DNA of 64,000 bases from an uncultured Collinsella sp. (GCA_900751755.1 CAADSP010000075.1:13916-77915), one strand, 5' to 3'; positions 20,272 to 29,957 are shown, counted from the first letter of the stretch. Numbers and translations are program-made. The notes: generated by a model not told the origin, from the sequence alone.

Positions 20272-20881
20272 GGGCGACCTCCTTGGTGGCCGAGAGGATT
20301 TCGTGGGCAAAGCCGAGCTCGACGGCGCGCTCGGCCGAAAGGTAGGTGTCTTTTGCAGTGAGGGACTGGATGCGCTTGGGCGTGAGGCCGCTGCGGTCCG
20401 AGAGGATTTGCGTGAGGATCTTGCGGGTCTGCATGAGACGCCGGCTGGTTTCCTGCAGCGCAAGTGCCGAGCCGCCTGCCCCCTGGGGGATCAGCGGGTC
20501 GTGAATCATGAGCTCTGCATGGGGCGCCATACGGCGATCGTCGCCGCCCATAAAGATCACGGCGCCCATGGACGCGGCGAATTCCAGGCAGACGGTGCGG
20601 ATGGGGCACGATGCGAGGCGCATGGCGTCATAGATCGCAAGGCCCGATCGCACGCTTCCGCCGGCGCTGGCGACAAATATGGTGATGGGGCGGCTGGGGT
20701 CGGTGGCATCGAGCAGGCGGATCTGCTGGCATAGGTCGTGGGCCATCGGGGTTTCGATGTTTCCCATGACGGAGAGCTCGCGACGGGCGAGCATCTCATC
20801 GTAAATGCTGGTGAGCGTGATACCTCGGGCGGATTCACGCATGGTGAGGGGACTGATGATGGGGGAATGATTGGTGTCCAT
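20264..20881 (-). CDS. ClpP-family (S14) serine peptidase homologue
   Basis: AAAGGAG RBS. Catalytic signature AASMGAVI (Ser), MIHDP (His), AKDTYLSAERAVELG (Asp region), 205 aa. Confidence 0.7.
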   Translation of the reverse strand: MDTNHSPIISPLTMRESARGITLTSIYDEMLARRELSVMGNIETPMAHDLCQQIRLLDATDPSRPITIFVASAGGSVRSGLAIYDAMRLASCPIRTVCLEFAASMGAVIFMGGDDRRMAPHAELMIHDPLIPQGAGGSALALQETSRRLMQTRKILTQILSDRSGLTPKRIQSLTAKDTYLSAERAVELGFAHEILSATKEVAHV

Positions 20882-20944
20882 GAGGACTCCTTTCTGTTGG
20901 TTGTGTTGTGGAATAGGATTGTTGCCCGCGGAGGGGCTGGCGGG

Positions 20945-21835
20945 CTACAGGGCTCGTCCGAGCCTGAGATCGAGCTCGGTTGTGGGGCAGGCTGCCTGTT
21001 CGTGCGGCTCGCAAGCACCAAAGGCTCCAAAGCGATGGAGCGTTGCGGCGGGCGTGGTGTAGGCGAGCCGCAGCTGATGCTCGACAGGGGCACATCCGTC
21101 ATTTTTGTAATGAGCCGCGTAGTACTGCGCGATGCTGGCGTTCATCTCGCTGCCATTGCGATGGCGCTCAAACTGGCGTCTGCAGGTCTCGATGATCTTT
21201 GCTACCGACTTGGGTGCCGTCGCGGGAACAAGGGCGAGATAGCCCTCAAATAGCTCGTTGATGCTCAGGAGGCACAGCAGATCGATCAGCGTCCTTATGG
21301 CTGCTCCCTCGGCGGAAAAGTGCGCGGTCATGCGGTTATATCGGTTGCGGTCGACGATGGCCGCATGGGGTCTTGGAGTTTTCTGCCCCGTGGTCCCGGG
21401 CTTTTGCCGCGCCTGTGTATTGAGCTCGACGTTGCAGCGCTTGAGGCCGTCCAGCGGAAGGAACAGTGCGGTGCGCAGGGTGTTCCGCTTGCTTTCGAGT
21501 TCATGACGCTCGTCGGGTTCCCATTCGAGCTTGAGTTTCGTGTCGAGCGCCGTAAGCATATGGGCTAGGCAGCCTACGGTAAGAACGTGCGAATCGTTGT
21601 CGCGTTTTGGGGCATAGGGGTCTGTCAGCTTGCGAATGTCGGGGTCGCCCATGATCTTTGTGCAGCGCTTCAGCAGTTGAGGATGGTCGGCCAAGATCGT
21701 CGCGAGCGGTAGCGACGCGTGGTTCTTGATGGTCGCGGCGGCAAAGGCGGCATCATATTCGTTTGCATATGCTCGCTCAATTCGGGCATCCAGAATGCTT
21801 TTCTTATCGCTGTCTTCAGCGTGGTGGTTTGTCAT
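20945..21835 (-). CDS. Hypothetical protein (296 aa), first gene of the island operon
   Basis: GGAGAAG RBS 5 nt before the ATG. Predicted mostly helical. No recognisable domain. A long AT-rich leader lies upstream. Confidence 0.5.
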   Translation of the reverse strand: MTNHHAEDSDKKSILDARIERAYANEYDAAFAAATIKNHASLPLATILADHPQLLKRCTKIMGDPDIRKLTDPYAPKRDNDSHVLTVGCLAHMLTALDTKLKLEWEPDERHELESKRNTLRTALFLPLDGLKRCNVELNTQARQKPGTTGQKTPRPHAAIVDRNRYNRMTAHFSAEGAAIRTLIDLLCLLSINELFEGYLALVPATAPKSVAKIIETCRRQFERHRNGSEMNASIAQYYAAHYKNDGCAPVEHQLRLAYTTPAATLHRFGAFGACEPHEQAACPTTELDLRLGRAL

Positions 21836-22324
21836 AGCTTCTCCAATCGGTTGATGTTCGTGCTGTTTGTTGATGTGTTGGTTGTCGTGAGTGATGTGCT
21901 TGCCGTGGGTGATGTGCTGACGTTGGGGTGCTATGCGGTTTTCAATGAGCCCGTGAGGCAGTTGCTGCAGGGGCGGGATGGAACGGCCCATGCAAGGCGG
22001 AAGGCATCGTGCTCAAAATCGAGACAGCAATGCCCTGGGTGCCTCACATGTGGCAGTCACCTCATTAAGTTGTCATTGCGTTTGGGGTTGTACTTTGCCG
22101 ATCTTCCTTCTCTTACACGCTAAAACTCAAACTTTATATGCTCGATCTACTTAAAACCGCAACGGCGGTCTTTTATCAACTTATATGTCGGAACGCGTCT
22201 TTGCAAGTACTTTTTTGCCTTTGTTTCAAATGGGGTGGTTTTGCAACCGTCATGCGCGCGCTGTGCGAACGTGCCCCGGCTCGGATAAGATAGTGCGCGA
22301 TAAAAACGATGCAAGGAGGCATAT

Positions 22325-23167
22325 ATGGCAATCAAAGCCATCGCGATGGATATCGACGGTACGCTTACCAACGATCAGAAAGTGATTAGCCCGCGTACGC
22401 GCGAGAAGCTGCTCGCGGCGCAGGAGTCGGGCATTAAGCTCATTTTGGCTTCGGGCCGTCCCGCATGGGGGCTGCACGCCTTGGCGCAGGAGCTCGACCT
22501 TCAAAACCATGACGGTCTGCTGGTGGCCTTTAACGGCGCTCACGTCGTCGATGCCCAGACCGATGAGGTCCTTTTTGACCAGGCCATGCCGGCTGACGAA
22601 CTGCATCGCCTGATTGATCACCTGCGTAATTTTGACGTGATCCCTATGATTTCGCTCGGTCGCGATCTGCACGTCGAGGATTCGTACCATTGCATGATCA
22701 CGCTGCCTGACGGCTCGCAGAAGAATATCGTCAAGTATGAGCGCGACGCGTGCGATCTTAAGATTCGCGAGGTGGAGAGCCTGCATGAGGTCGCTGATGC
22801 TTATCCCGTGGACAAGCTACTCACCGCGGGCGATCCGACCTACCTGCAGGCGCATTACGAGGAGATGTATGCGCCCTTTACCCAGACGCTTTCGGGCATG
22901 TTTACGGCCGACTGGTACTTTGAGTACACGGCGCCCGGTATCGACAAGGCCCGTGCGCTCGAGGGCGCCCTGCCCAAGCTCGGCATCGATGCCAGCGAGG
23001 TCGTATCGTTTGGCGACGGCCAGAATGACAAGTCCATGATTGAGTGGGCCGGCACCGGTGTTGCCATGGGCAACGCGGTCGATGAGGTTAAGGCCGTGGC
23101 CCAGATGGTGACCGCCAATAACAACGAAGACGGCATTGCGGTGGCGCTGGATAAGCTGCTGGGTTAG
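22325..23167 (+). CDS. Cof-type HAD-IIB family hydrolase (sugar phosphatase-like)
   Basis: AAGGAGG RBS. MDIDGTL motif I. Cof family layout. Confidence 0.85.
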   Translation: MAIKAIAMDIDGTLTNDQKVISPRTREKLLAAQESGIKLILASGRPAWGLHALAQELDLQNHDGLLVAFNGAHVVDAQTDEVLFDQAMPADELHRLIDHLRNFDVIPMISLGRDLHVEDSYHCMITLPDGSQKNIVKYERDACDLKIREVESLHEVADAYPVDKLLTAGDPTYLQAHYEEMYAPFTQTLSGMFTADWYFEYTAPGIDKARALEGALPKLGIDASEVVSFGDGQNDKSMIEWAGTGVAMGNAVDEVKAVAQMVTANNNEDGIAVALDKLLG

Positions 23168-23230
23168 AATCGCCGATAATGCATGGTTCGGGCGCCTGCT
23201 TACAGGCGCCCTTTTGTTAGGGAGGGTGCC

Positions 23231-23890
23231 GTGTCCGCATTTCCGTTCGACGCCGTTATCTTTGACATGGACGGCGTCATTGTCGATACCGAGTATTACT
23301 ACCTGGGCGAGACTGCCGCGTTTGCCAAGGAGCTTGGGCTTAATCTGACTCAAGAGGAGTTGAATGGGCAGGTCGGTACCTCGCATCAGTTCTTCCTGCA
23401 TTTGCTGGTCGATTGGTTTGAGCGCGCCGGTAAGGGGCATTTCACTGGCGAGGAAGCGTTGGCCCGTTGGGACGAGTGGGCGCATAAGCGTCCGCGCGAC
23501 TATCAGGCTTTGATTAACCCAGGCGCCGTTGATACGATTCGAGAGCTGCCGCGCCGCGGCGTTCGCGTGGCGCTTGCCAGCTCGTCGCCCATGGATAGTA
23601 TCGAGGAAGTGCTCAATGCGTGTGGGCTGTCGGATGCCTTTGAGTATGTAGTGAGCGGCGAGCAATTTAAGGAGAGCAAGCCCGAGCCCGACATTTACCT
23701 GCATGCACTGGACCTGCTGGGGCTGCCCGCGAATCGCTGCTGCTGCGTTGAGGATTCGGTACCTGGTATCACTGCCGGCAAACGCGCGGGGTTGACGGTG
23801 ATTGCCAAGCGCGAGGAGCGGTTTGGCTTTAGCCAGGATGCCGCGGATAAGATTATCGACCAGCTGCCGGAACTGCTCACGCTTTCTTAG
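23231..23890 (+). CDS. HAD-IA family hydrolase (beta-phosphoglucomutase/phosphatase-like)
   Basis: GTG start after GGAGGG. DAVIFDMDGVIVDTE motif I. Motif III CCVEDSVPGITAGKRAG. Confidence 0.8.
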   Translation: MSAFPFDAVIFDMDGVIVDTEYYYLGETAAFAKELGLNLTQEELNGQVGTSHQFFLHLLVDWFERAGKGHFTGEEALARWDEWAHKRPRDYQALINPGAVDTIRELPRRGVRVALASSSPMDSIEEVLNACGLSDAFEYVVSGEQFKESKPEPDIYLHALDLLGLPANRCCCVEDSVPGITAGKRAGLTVIAKREERFGFSQDAADKIIDQLPELLTLS

Positions 23891-24040
23891 AAGCGCGGTA
23901 GTTGCGCGTTTTTCGGGTCAGATGAGTAAATACCCGACATTTTGGTGCGGCAGCAAGCATACTTAATGCTAATGCGGGCTTAAGGGCTTGCTGAATGCCC
24001 TTGGGCCCGCTTTAGACTTAATTGTGCTGGGAGAGGGTAT

Positions 24041-24784
24041 ATGCCACCGACTGAAGGGCTAACTGACGGTAAAGCAGCGATACCGCTGTACCAACAGGTT
24101 ATCGATATCATTAAAAACGAAATCAACTCCGGTGCCTACAAGGCGGGCGCGCGGATACCCAACGAATTCGAATTGGCTGAGAGCTATAAAGTTGGCCGCG
24201 TTACCGTGCGACGCGCTATTGAGGAGCTCGTCCAGCAGGGCTATCTAACGAAGCGGCAGGGGAAAGGCACGTTTGTCAATGCCCCCAAGCTTAAGCGCAA
24301 GATTCGCCAGAAGGATGACGTCCAGAGTTTTTCGGACGCATGCCGCGTTAACGGAATGGAGCCGGGGGCGTGCGTCATTTCGAGAAAGATACTGCCGGCG
24401 GATTCCACCGAAGCGCAGTTCTTTGGTGTTCCCGTTGGAACTGATTTGATTTGCGTTGAGCGTGTGCGTACTGCCGATGGAGTCCCCGTCATGCTCGAGA
24501 ACAATATATACGTTTACGAGGACAACGCTTATCTATCAACGGCACCTCTATCTAACCAATCCATTTTTGAGTTCGTGCGTAACCGGACGGGCCGTACGCC
24601 CGCGTTTACCGACCCGTGCACACTCGAGATCGCGTGCGCGTCGCCTGAGGTCGCTCGGCTGTTGGCAGTTCCCGTTGGCGAACCCTTGTTTTATATGGAA
24701 GCCTTCTTTTTCGATGAGCAGCGGCGGCCGTTTATCATCGGTCGTCAGCGGATCGTTGGGTCTCGCTACGTCTTTGACATCTAG
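24041..24784 (+). CDS. GntR/HutC-family transcriptional regulator (FrlR-like)
   Basis: N-terminal winged HTH (IPNEFELAESYKVGRVTVRRAIEEL) plus a C-terminal UTRA effector domain. Confidence 0.85.
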   Translation: MPPTEGLTDGKAAIPLYQQVIDIIKNEINSGAYKAGARIPNEFELAESYKVGRVTVRRAIEELVQQGYLTKRQGKGTFVNAPKLKRKIRQKDDVQSFSDACRVNGMEPGACVISRKILPADSTEAQFFGVPVGTDLICVERVRTADGVPVMLENNIYVYEDNAYLSTAPLSNQSIFEFVRNRTGRTPAFTDPCTLEIACASPEVARLLAVPVGEPLFYMEAFFFDEQRRPFIIGRQRIVGSRYVFDI

Positions 24785-24796
24785 GACATTGCGAAT

Positions 24797-24832
24797 GGAG
24801 ACGCCCGGTTGATCATCTCACCGGGCGTCTCC
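24797..24832 (+). terminator. Perfect 12-bp hairpin after the GntR gene
   Basis: GGAGACGCCCGG-12 nt-CCGGGCGTCTCC. No T-tract, so it may be an attenuator or RNA-stability element. Confidence 0.5.
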
Positions 24833-25002
24833 ATACCGTTCACGGCGCGAACGCAACCGTTCAACCGCGTCGCGGCAATCAGTTTGAAATTATCTTGATG
24901 ATGGGAAAAACTGCTGGTAATCTATGGAACGTCATAGAACGTTTGCCTTGCGCAGGCGTTGAAGCGAGATGCGATGCAGTCTCGAGTTCTTTGGAGGTAT
25001 CT

Positions 25003-26466
25003 ATGTCAGATACGAAGGCGAAGAAGACAAACAGACGTTTTAAGTTCAAATTACCGCATGTCTATACGATCATGTTCTTGCTGATCGTTGTCTTTGCGGT
25101 CCTGACTTGGATCGTTCCCTCTGGTCAGTATCAGCGCAAGACGATTTCGACAGCGGCGGGCGAGCGTGAAGTCGCCGTTGCTGGAACCTATGAACAGGTT
25201 GATAAGAACTACACCGATTCCGAGACCGGCGAGACCATCAATCTGGGCCAGGATATCTTTGCGGTCCTGCAAGCGCCTACTAAGGGCATCCAGGAGGCTG
25301 CCGACGTCGTTGCGTTCGTCTTATTGATTGGCGGATCGTTCGCAGTCATCACCAAGACCAACGCTTTGAATGCCGGCATGAGCCGTGTGATTAAAAAGCT
25401 CAAGAACAAGGACATCCTCATCATTCCCATCACGATGACGTTGCTGTCCATTTGCGGCACTACGTTTGGTATGTCTGAGGAAGCCCTGCCGTTCTATGCC
25501 ATCTTCATTCCCATCATGATGGGTATCGGGTATGACTCGATGACGGCGTTTATCATCTGCTTCCTTGGTCCTAACCTGGGATATTGTGCTTCGACCATCG
25601 ACCCGTTTAATGTTTTGATCGCCCAAGGCATCATTGGTATCGAGGGCAATCCTCAGCTGTGGCTGCGCGCCGTTTCTTGGGTCATCTTCACTGCCGTTGG
25701 TATCGCATGGGCCATGCGCTACGCCATGCGTGTCAAGAAAAATCCCGAGTCGTCCATTGTGTACGAGGACGATAAGCTCAAGCGTGTTGAGTTTTCCGTG
25801 ACCGATGCCTCCATCGAGGAAGAGTTCACTACCCGTCAGAAGCTCGTGCTTATCGATTTTGCCTGCGGCATGGGCATTATCGTCTGGGGTCTTGTTACCC
25901 AGGGCTGGTACATGAATGAGATTTCCGCCGTGTTCCTTGGTATGGGCTTGCTTGCCGGTATCCTGGGCGGCCTTGACCAGCAGACGATCGCCGAGGAGTT
26001 CGTTAAAGGCATTGCCGACTTTGCGTATGCCGCTATCGTCATCGGCATCGCTCGCGGTATCTTGGTCATCGCAGAGGGTGGCATGATCATCGACACCATC
26101 CTCCAGGCGCTCGCTACTGCACTGGCCGGTGCACCTGCCGCCGTCTACACCACGTTTATGTATATCGTCCTTGGCCTGCTCTCTTTGCTGGTTCCCTCGA
26201 GCTCTGGACTTGCGGCGCTCACCATGCCCGTCATGGGTCCGCTGACCGAGCTTATGGGCCTCAATCCCGAAGCCGCCGTTACCGCGCTCCAGTTTGCTAA
26301 TCAGACCATCAACACCATCAGTCCCGTGGCGGGCATGACGGTTGCCGGTCTTGCCGTGGCAAAGATCTCGTTTGGTCAATGGTGGAAGACCATTTGGAAG
26401 TTCTTCATTTTCATGGTCGTCTTTGGCCTGATCGTAACGGCAATCTCTGGCATGCTTCCGGCGTAG
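25003..26466 (+). CDS. YfcC/DcuC-type integral membrane transporter (putative substrate importer of the locus)
   Basis: GGAGG RBS. About 12 TM helices. C4-dicarboxylate-anaerobic-carrier-like (YfcC family) topology. Confidence 0.75.
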   Translation: MSDTKAKKTNRRFKFKLPHVYTIMFLLIVVFAVLTWIVPSGQYQRKTISTAAGEREVAVAGTYEQVDKNYTDSETGETINLGQDIFAVLQAPTKGIQEAADVVAFVLLIGGSFAVITKTNALNAGMSRVIKKLKNKDILIIPITMTLLSICGTTFGMSEEALPFYAIFIPIMMGIGYDSMTAFIICFLGPNLGYCASTIDPFNVLIAQGIIGIEGNPQLWLRAVSWVIFTAVGIAWAMRYAMRVKKNPESSIVYEDDKLKRVEFSVTDASIEEEFTTRQKLVLIDFACGMGIIVWGLVTQGWYMNEISAVFLGMGLLAGILGGLDQQTIAEEFVKGIADFAYAAIVIGIARGILVIAEGGMIIDTILQALATALAGAPAAVYTTFMYIVLGLLSLLVPSSSGLAALTMPVMGPLTELMGLNPEAAVTALQFANQTINTISPVAGMTVAGLAVAKISFGQWWKTIWKFFIFMVVFGLIVTAISGMLPA

Positions 26467-26475
26467 GTGGTTGTG

Positions 26476-28059
26476 ATGTCTGATCGTTTGACGGTCCTGA
26501 CGTCTAAGAGCGTCTTTACCGGTACGGGGGACCTGCCGTTTGAAGGTTTCGTAGCGGTCCGTGGCAATCGAATTGAGGCTGTTGGCACCAAGTGTGAGCT
26601 AGCTTCGTATTTGACCCAGGCGGACGAGGTAGTTGACCTGGGCGACCGCACCGTCATGCCTGGCCTGATCGATGTGCATACCTTCTATACAGGCTGGGCG
26701 CTGCGGACGTTGGGGCCTGATCTGTCCGGCATCGCTGATGCCAAAGAGGCCGTGTCGCTCTTGCGTGCATGGAAAGAAGATCGTCCGGATTGCGCGGCGG
26801 CTTTTGGCCACAACCTACCCGAAACGTTGGCATCGGATGCCGATAACGCAAATACAGCAGCTGTGTTTGACGAGTGTTTTGGCGATATCCCCGTCGTCTG
26901 CTTTACACCGGGCGCGGATACCTGTGTTCTCAATGCTGCCGCCAGTGCGCGATACGGCTTCACACCCCAGGCGTGCTATGCCGAGAAGATCTGGCGCATG
27001 ATGAGCGATTTCCTCGCGCTGCCCGAGGTGCGTGCAGGGTATTCGGACTACATGAGCATGCTTAACGAACGCGGCGTTACCGCCATCAAGGAGATGGCGT
27101 TTGATGACTACTACGGCTTTGCCGACGAAATGGCTCGCCGTGAGGAATCTGGTGAGCTGACGGTTCGCGTCTCTATGATGTCGCAGCCGGTGGGTGCCGG
27201 TGCAAATCTTGCATATGCCCGCGAGGCGCGAGAGCGCTTCCGGGGACCGTTCGTTCGTTTTTCTGGCTTCAACCGTATGACCGATCGCGGCGTATGGGCG
27301 GGGCTTGCCGAGATGATTGACCCCTATGTGGACACGGCCGATGCGGGCGCTGCCGGCAAGACGGTCGTCGAGGAGCCAGAGTGGGATCTGATTGAGAACG
27401 AGCTGCGTGCAATTGATGCTGACGGATTCCGATATTCCTTGCATTGCCAGGGCGATGGGGCCGTTCGTCGCACCGTGGCGCTCTATGCCTCGCTGCCTCG
27501 AGACGAGCATGGACGGATGCTTCGCCGCCATGCGATTACCGATCTCGAGAACTCTGACCCGACCGATCTTGTCGAGTTTGGCAAGTTAGGTGGAATTTGC
27601 GAGGTCTATCCGCAGATTCTGACGCTGGGCCGGCGCGAGGATTGCCTGTCGATGATGCGTCGACAAATTGGCGAGACGCGACTTTTGCACAGCTGGAATC
27701 GCCGCGGCATGGAAGATTCCGGATGCACAGTGTGCTGCGGCACGGATCTGCCGCTGCTGATTCCGAGCCTGGGCGAGTCAATCTACAGCGCGTGCGGCGG
27801 ATTCTTCGCCGACGGACTGCCCGTGAATGAGGTCAACACGCTGACGCTTGTCGAGCTCTTGCGCGCTTGGACTGCCGGGGGCGCGTACGATCTGATGCGC
27901 GAAGACGAGCTGGGTACGCTTGAGGTTGGCAAGCTTGCCGATATCTGCGTGCTCGATCGGGATGTGTTCGACCTCGATTATCGCGACGCACGCGATCTTG
28001 CGGTTGATATGACGATGTCGGACGGACAAATCGTGTTCGATCGAAATAAGGAGGCATAA
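26476..28059 (+). CDS. Amidohydrolase-3 family metal-dependent hydrolase
   Basis: MPGLIDVHTF metal-binding motif near the N-terminus, 527 aa. AGGTGG RBS. Confidence 0.75.
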   Translation: MSDRLTVLTSKSVFTGTGDLPFEGFVAVRGNRIEAVGTKCELASYLTQADEVVDLGDRTVMPGLIDVHTFYTGWALRTLGPDLSGIADAKEAVSLLRAWKEDRPDCAAAFGHNLPETLASDADNANTAAVFDECFGDIPVVCFTPGADTCVLNAAASARYGFTPQACYAEKIWRMMSDFLALPEVRAGYSDYMSMLNERGVTAIKEMAFDDYYGFADEMARREESGELTVRVSMMSQPVGAGANLAYAREARERFRGPFVRFSGFNRMTDRGVWAGLAEMIDPYVDTADAGAAGKTVVEEPEWDLIENELRAIDADGFRYSLHCQGDGAVRRTVALYASLPRDEHGRMLRRHAITDLENSDPTDLVEFGKLGGICEVYPQILTLGRREDCLSMMRRQIGETRLLHSWNRRGMEDSGCTVCCGTDLPLLIPSLGESIYSACGGFFADGLPVNEVNTLTLVELLRAWTAGGAYDLMREDELGTLEVGKLADICVLDRDVFDLDYRDARDLAVDMTMSDGQIVFDRNKEA

Positions 28060-28060
28060 G

Positions 28061-28912
28061 ATGTCTGAATCCAAACCGACGCTGCACCGCGAACAGATTG
28101 CGGGCATGAATATCCACTACATCATGTGGTCGCTCGATTACTTCCTTGATGTGCAGCAGCGCTTGGGCTTTGAGTCCATTGAGCTGTGGTGTGCAGAGCC
28201 GCATGTGACGCTCGACCATACGGGCTACTTTGAGGCTGAGGTCTTGGCGAAAAAGGCTGCAGATCGTGGGCTTAGGTATCGTACTCTGTGCCCCGAGAAT
28301 GTTGTCTATCCTTGGCAGTATTGCGCACGCAAACCGCTGCATGAACAGCGCAGCCTGGCGTACTTTAAGCACGGCATTGAGCTTGCCGAGGTACTTGGGT
28401 GCGACCGTATGTCCATCAACTCGGGCTGGGGCGACTGGGACGAGGACCGCGAGGAAGCCTGGAAGCGCAGCCGCGAGCACTTGTCCATTCTGGCGGAGTA
28501 TGCCGGCGAGCACGGTCTGGTGCTTACGATGGAAAGCCTGCGTCCCGAGGAGAGCAACCTTGTGACGACGGTTTCCGATGCGAAGCGCATGATTGACGAG
28601 GTCGCGAGCCCGTACTTACAGCCCATGGTTGATACAACCGCGATGGGCGTTGCAGGCGAGACGCTCGAGGACTGGTTTGCCGCCTTTGGTGATGGGGCAA
28701 TTCACGAGATGCACTTTATCGACGGTGACCCGTATGGCCATCTGGTGTGGGGCGATGGCAAGCACGATATGGACGCCTTCGTCGCCACGCTCAACGCTCA
28801 TGGTTTCGACGGCATGCTGGGCCAGGAAATCACGGACGGTCGTTACTACGATGACCCGGCGGCGGCAGATGCCAAGAACATGGCCGCATTCGAGAAATAT
28901 CTGATTGACTAA
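28061..28912 (+). CDS. Sugar phosphate isomerase/epimerase (xylose-isomerase-like TIM barrel, FrlC-like)
   Basis: AAGGAGG RBS with 6-nt spacing. AP_endonuc_2/TIM-barrel pattern. Size matches fructoselysine 3-epimerase. Confidence 0.7.
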   Translation: MSESKPTLHREQIAGMNIHYIMWSLDYFLDVQQRLGFESIELWCAEPHVTLDHTGYFEAEVLAKKAADRGLRYRTLCPENVVYPWQYCARKPLHEQRSLAYFKHGIELAEVLGCDRMSINSGWGDWDEDREEAWKRSREHLSILAEYAGEHGLVLTMESLRPEESNLVTTVSDAKRMIDEVASPYLQPMVDTTAMGVAGETLEDWFAAFGDGAIHEMHFIDGDPYGHLVWGDGKHDMDAFVATLNAHGFDGMLGQEITDGRYYDDPAAADAKNMAAFEKYLID

Positions 28913-28974
28913 AACAACCATCGGCCACGCAACCAACGTCATTGATTGCGGGCCAAATAAGAAAGGAACTGGAT

Positions 28975-29943
28975 ATGAACGCACACGATCTGATCAAAGA
29001 GGCAATTGCCGAGAAGGGCAAGTTCGACAGCGTCTACTGGATTGCTTGCGGTGGCTCCATGATCGATTTGATCCCGGCTCATGAGCTTCTGCAGCGCGAG
29101 GCAACCACCTTCACTTCGTATATCTATACGGCTCGCGAGTTTGATATCATGCGTCCGCGTCGTCTGGGCGAGAAGTCCCTGGTCATCGCTTGTAGCCACA
29201 GTGGCAACACCCCGGAGGTCGTCGAGGGCTGCGAGATTGCCCTTGCTGCCGGCGCTACGGTGATCGCCCAGACCGACAACGCTGGATCCAAGATCGACTC
29301 CGGCAAGTGGACCACGTGGGTCTACCCATGGGGCGAGGGCGTGCCGCAGGCCGAGGTCCCCGCTGGCATTTCGCTGTCGCTTGCAGCAGAGCTGCTCGAT
29401 CAACAGGAGGGCTACGCCGATCTTGCCGATATGTATGCCGGTATTGCCGAGATGGATAAGATTCTTCCCCCGGCACGCGAGAAGGTAAATGCCGAGCTGG
29501 GCGATCGCTTTGCCAAGCTTTGCCAGGAGCACGAGTTCTTCTATATTCTGGGCAGCGGTCCCAACTTTAGCCAGACCTACGGTTTTGCTATCTGCTCTCT
29601 TATGGAGATGCAGTGGCAGCACTGCAGCTACATCCACTCTGCCGAGTACTTCCATGGCCCCTTCGAGGCTACTCAGGATGGCGTATTTTACTTCCTGCAG
29701 ATGGGTTCCAGCGAGTGCCGTGCTATGGACGAGCGCGCCCTGGCGTTCCTTAAGACGCATACCGATACGCTGATGGTGCTCGATGCCAAGGAGTACGGTA
29801 TGGAAGCCGTGCCGGCGAGCGTCCGTGCCTATCTGGACCCGGTGCTGTTCTACGCCATGAACTGCGAGCTGCGTGCTGCACGTGGCAAGGTGTTTGATCA
29901 CGACCCCGATTTCCGTCGCTATATGGGTGTTGTCGAGTACTAG
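28975..29943 (+). CDS. SIS-domain sugar isomerase/deglycase (FrlB-like)
   Basis: Two SIS repeats (ACSHSGNTPEV ...), 322 aa. Co-located with PfkB kinases. Confidence 0.7.
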   Translation: MNAHDLIKEAIAEKGKFDSVYWIACGGSMIDLIPAHELLQREATTFTSYIYTAREFDIMRPRRLGEKSLVIACSHSGNTPEVVEGCEIALAAGATVIAQTDNAGSKIDSGKWTTWVYPWGEGVPQAEVPAGISLSLAAELLDQQEGYADLADMYAGIAEMDKILPPAREKVNAELGDRFAKLCQEHEFFYILGSGPNFSQTYGFAICSLMEMQWQHCSYIHSAEYFHGPFEATQDGVFYFLQMGSSECRAMDERALAFLKTHTDTLMVLDAKEYGMEAVPASVRAYLDPVLFYAMNCELRAARGKVFDHDPDFRRYMGVVEY

Positions 29944-29957
29944 AAGGGACAAAGGCC

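Noticed and set aside
18967-20463. Full 498-aa version of the VirD4-like ORF
   Set aside because: The first 64 codons are Ser/Pro/Arg low-complexity sequence overlapping the ClpP-like gene. The AAGGAGG-ATG at 20271 is the credible start.
21836-21960. Possible CRISPR-like array (GTGATGTGCT repeats)
   Set aside because: Only two or three short degenerate repeats with unequal spacing and no cas genes. Treated as regulatory direct repeats instead.
22147-22385. Two overlapping small ORFs (74 aa minus, 66 aa plus) in the AT-rich island leader
   Set aside because: No RBS and mutually exclusive frames. More likely promoter or sRNA space.
25321-26379. 352-aa minus-strand ORF
   Set aside because: Antisense of the YfcC transporter gene.
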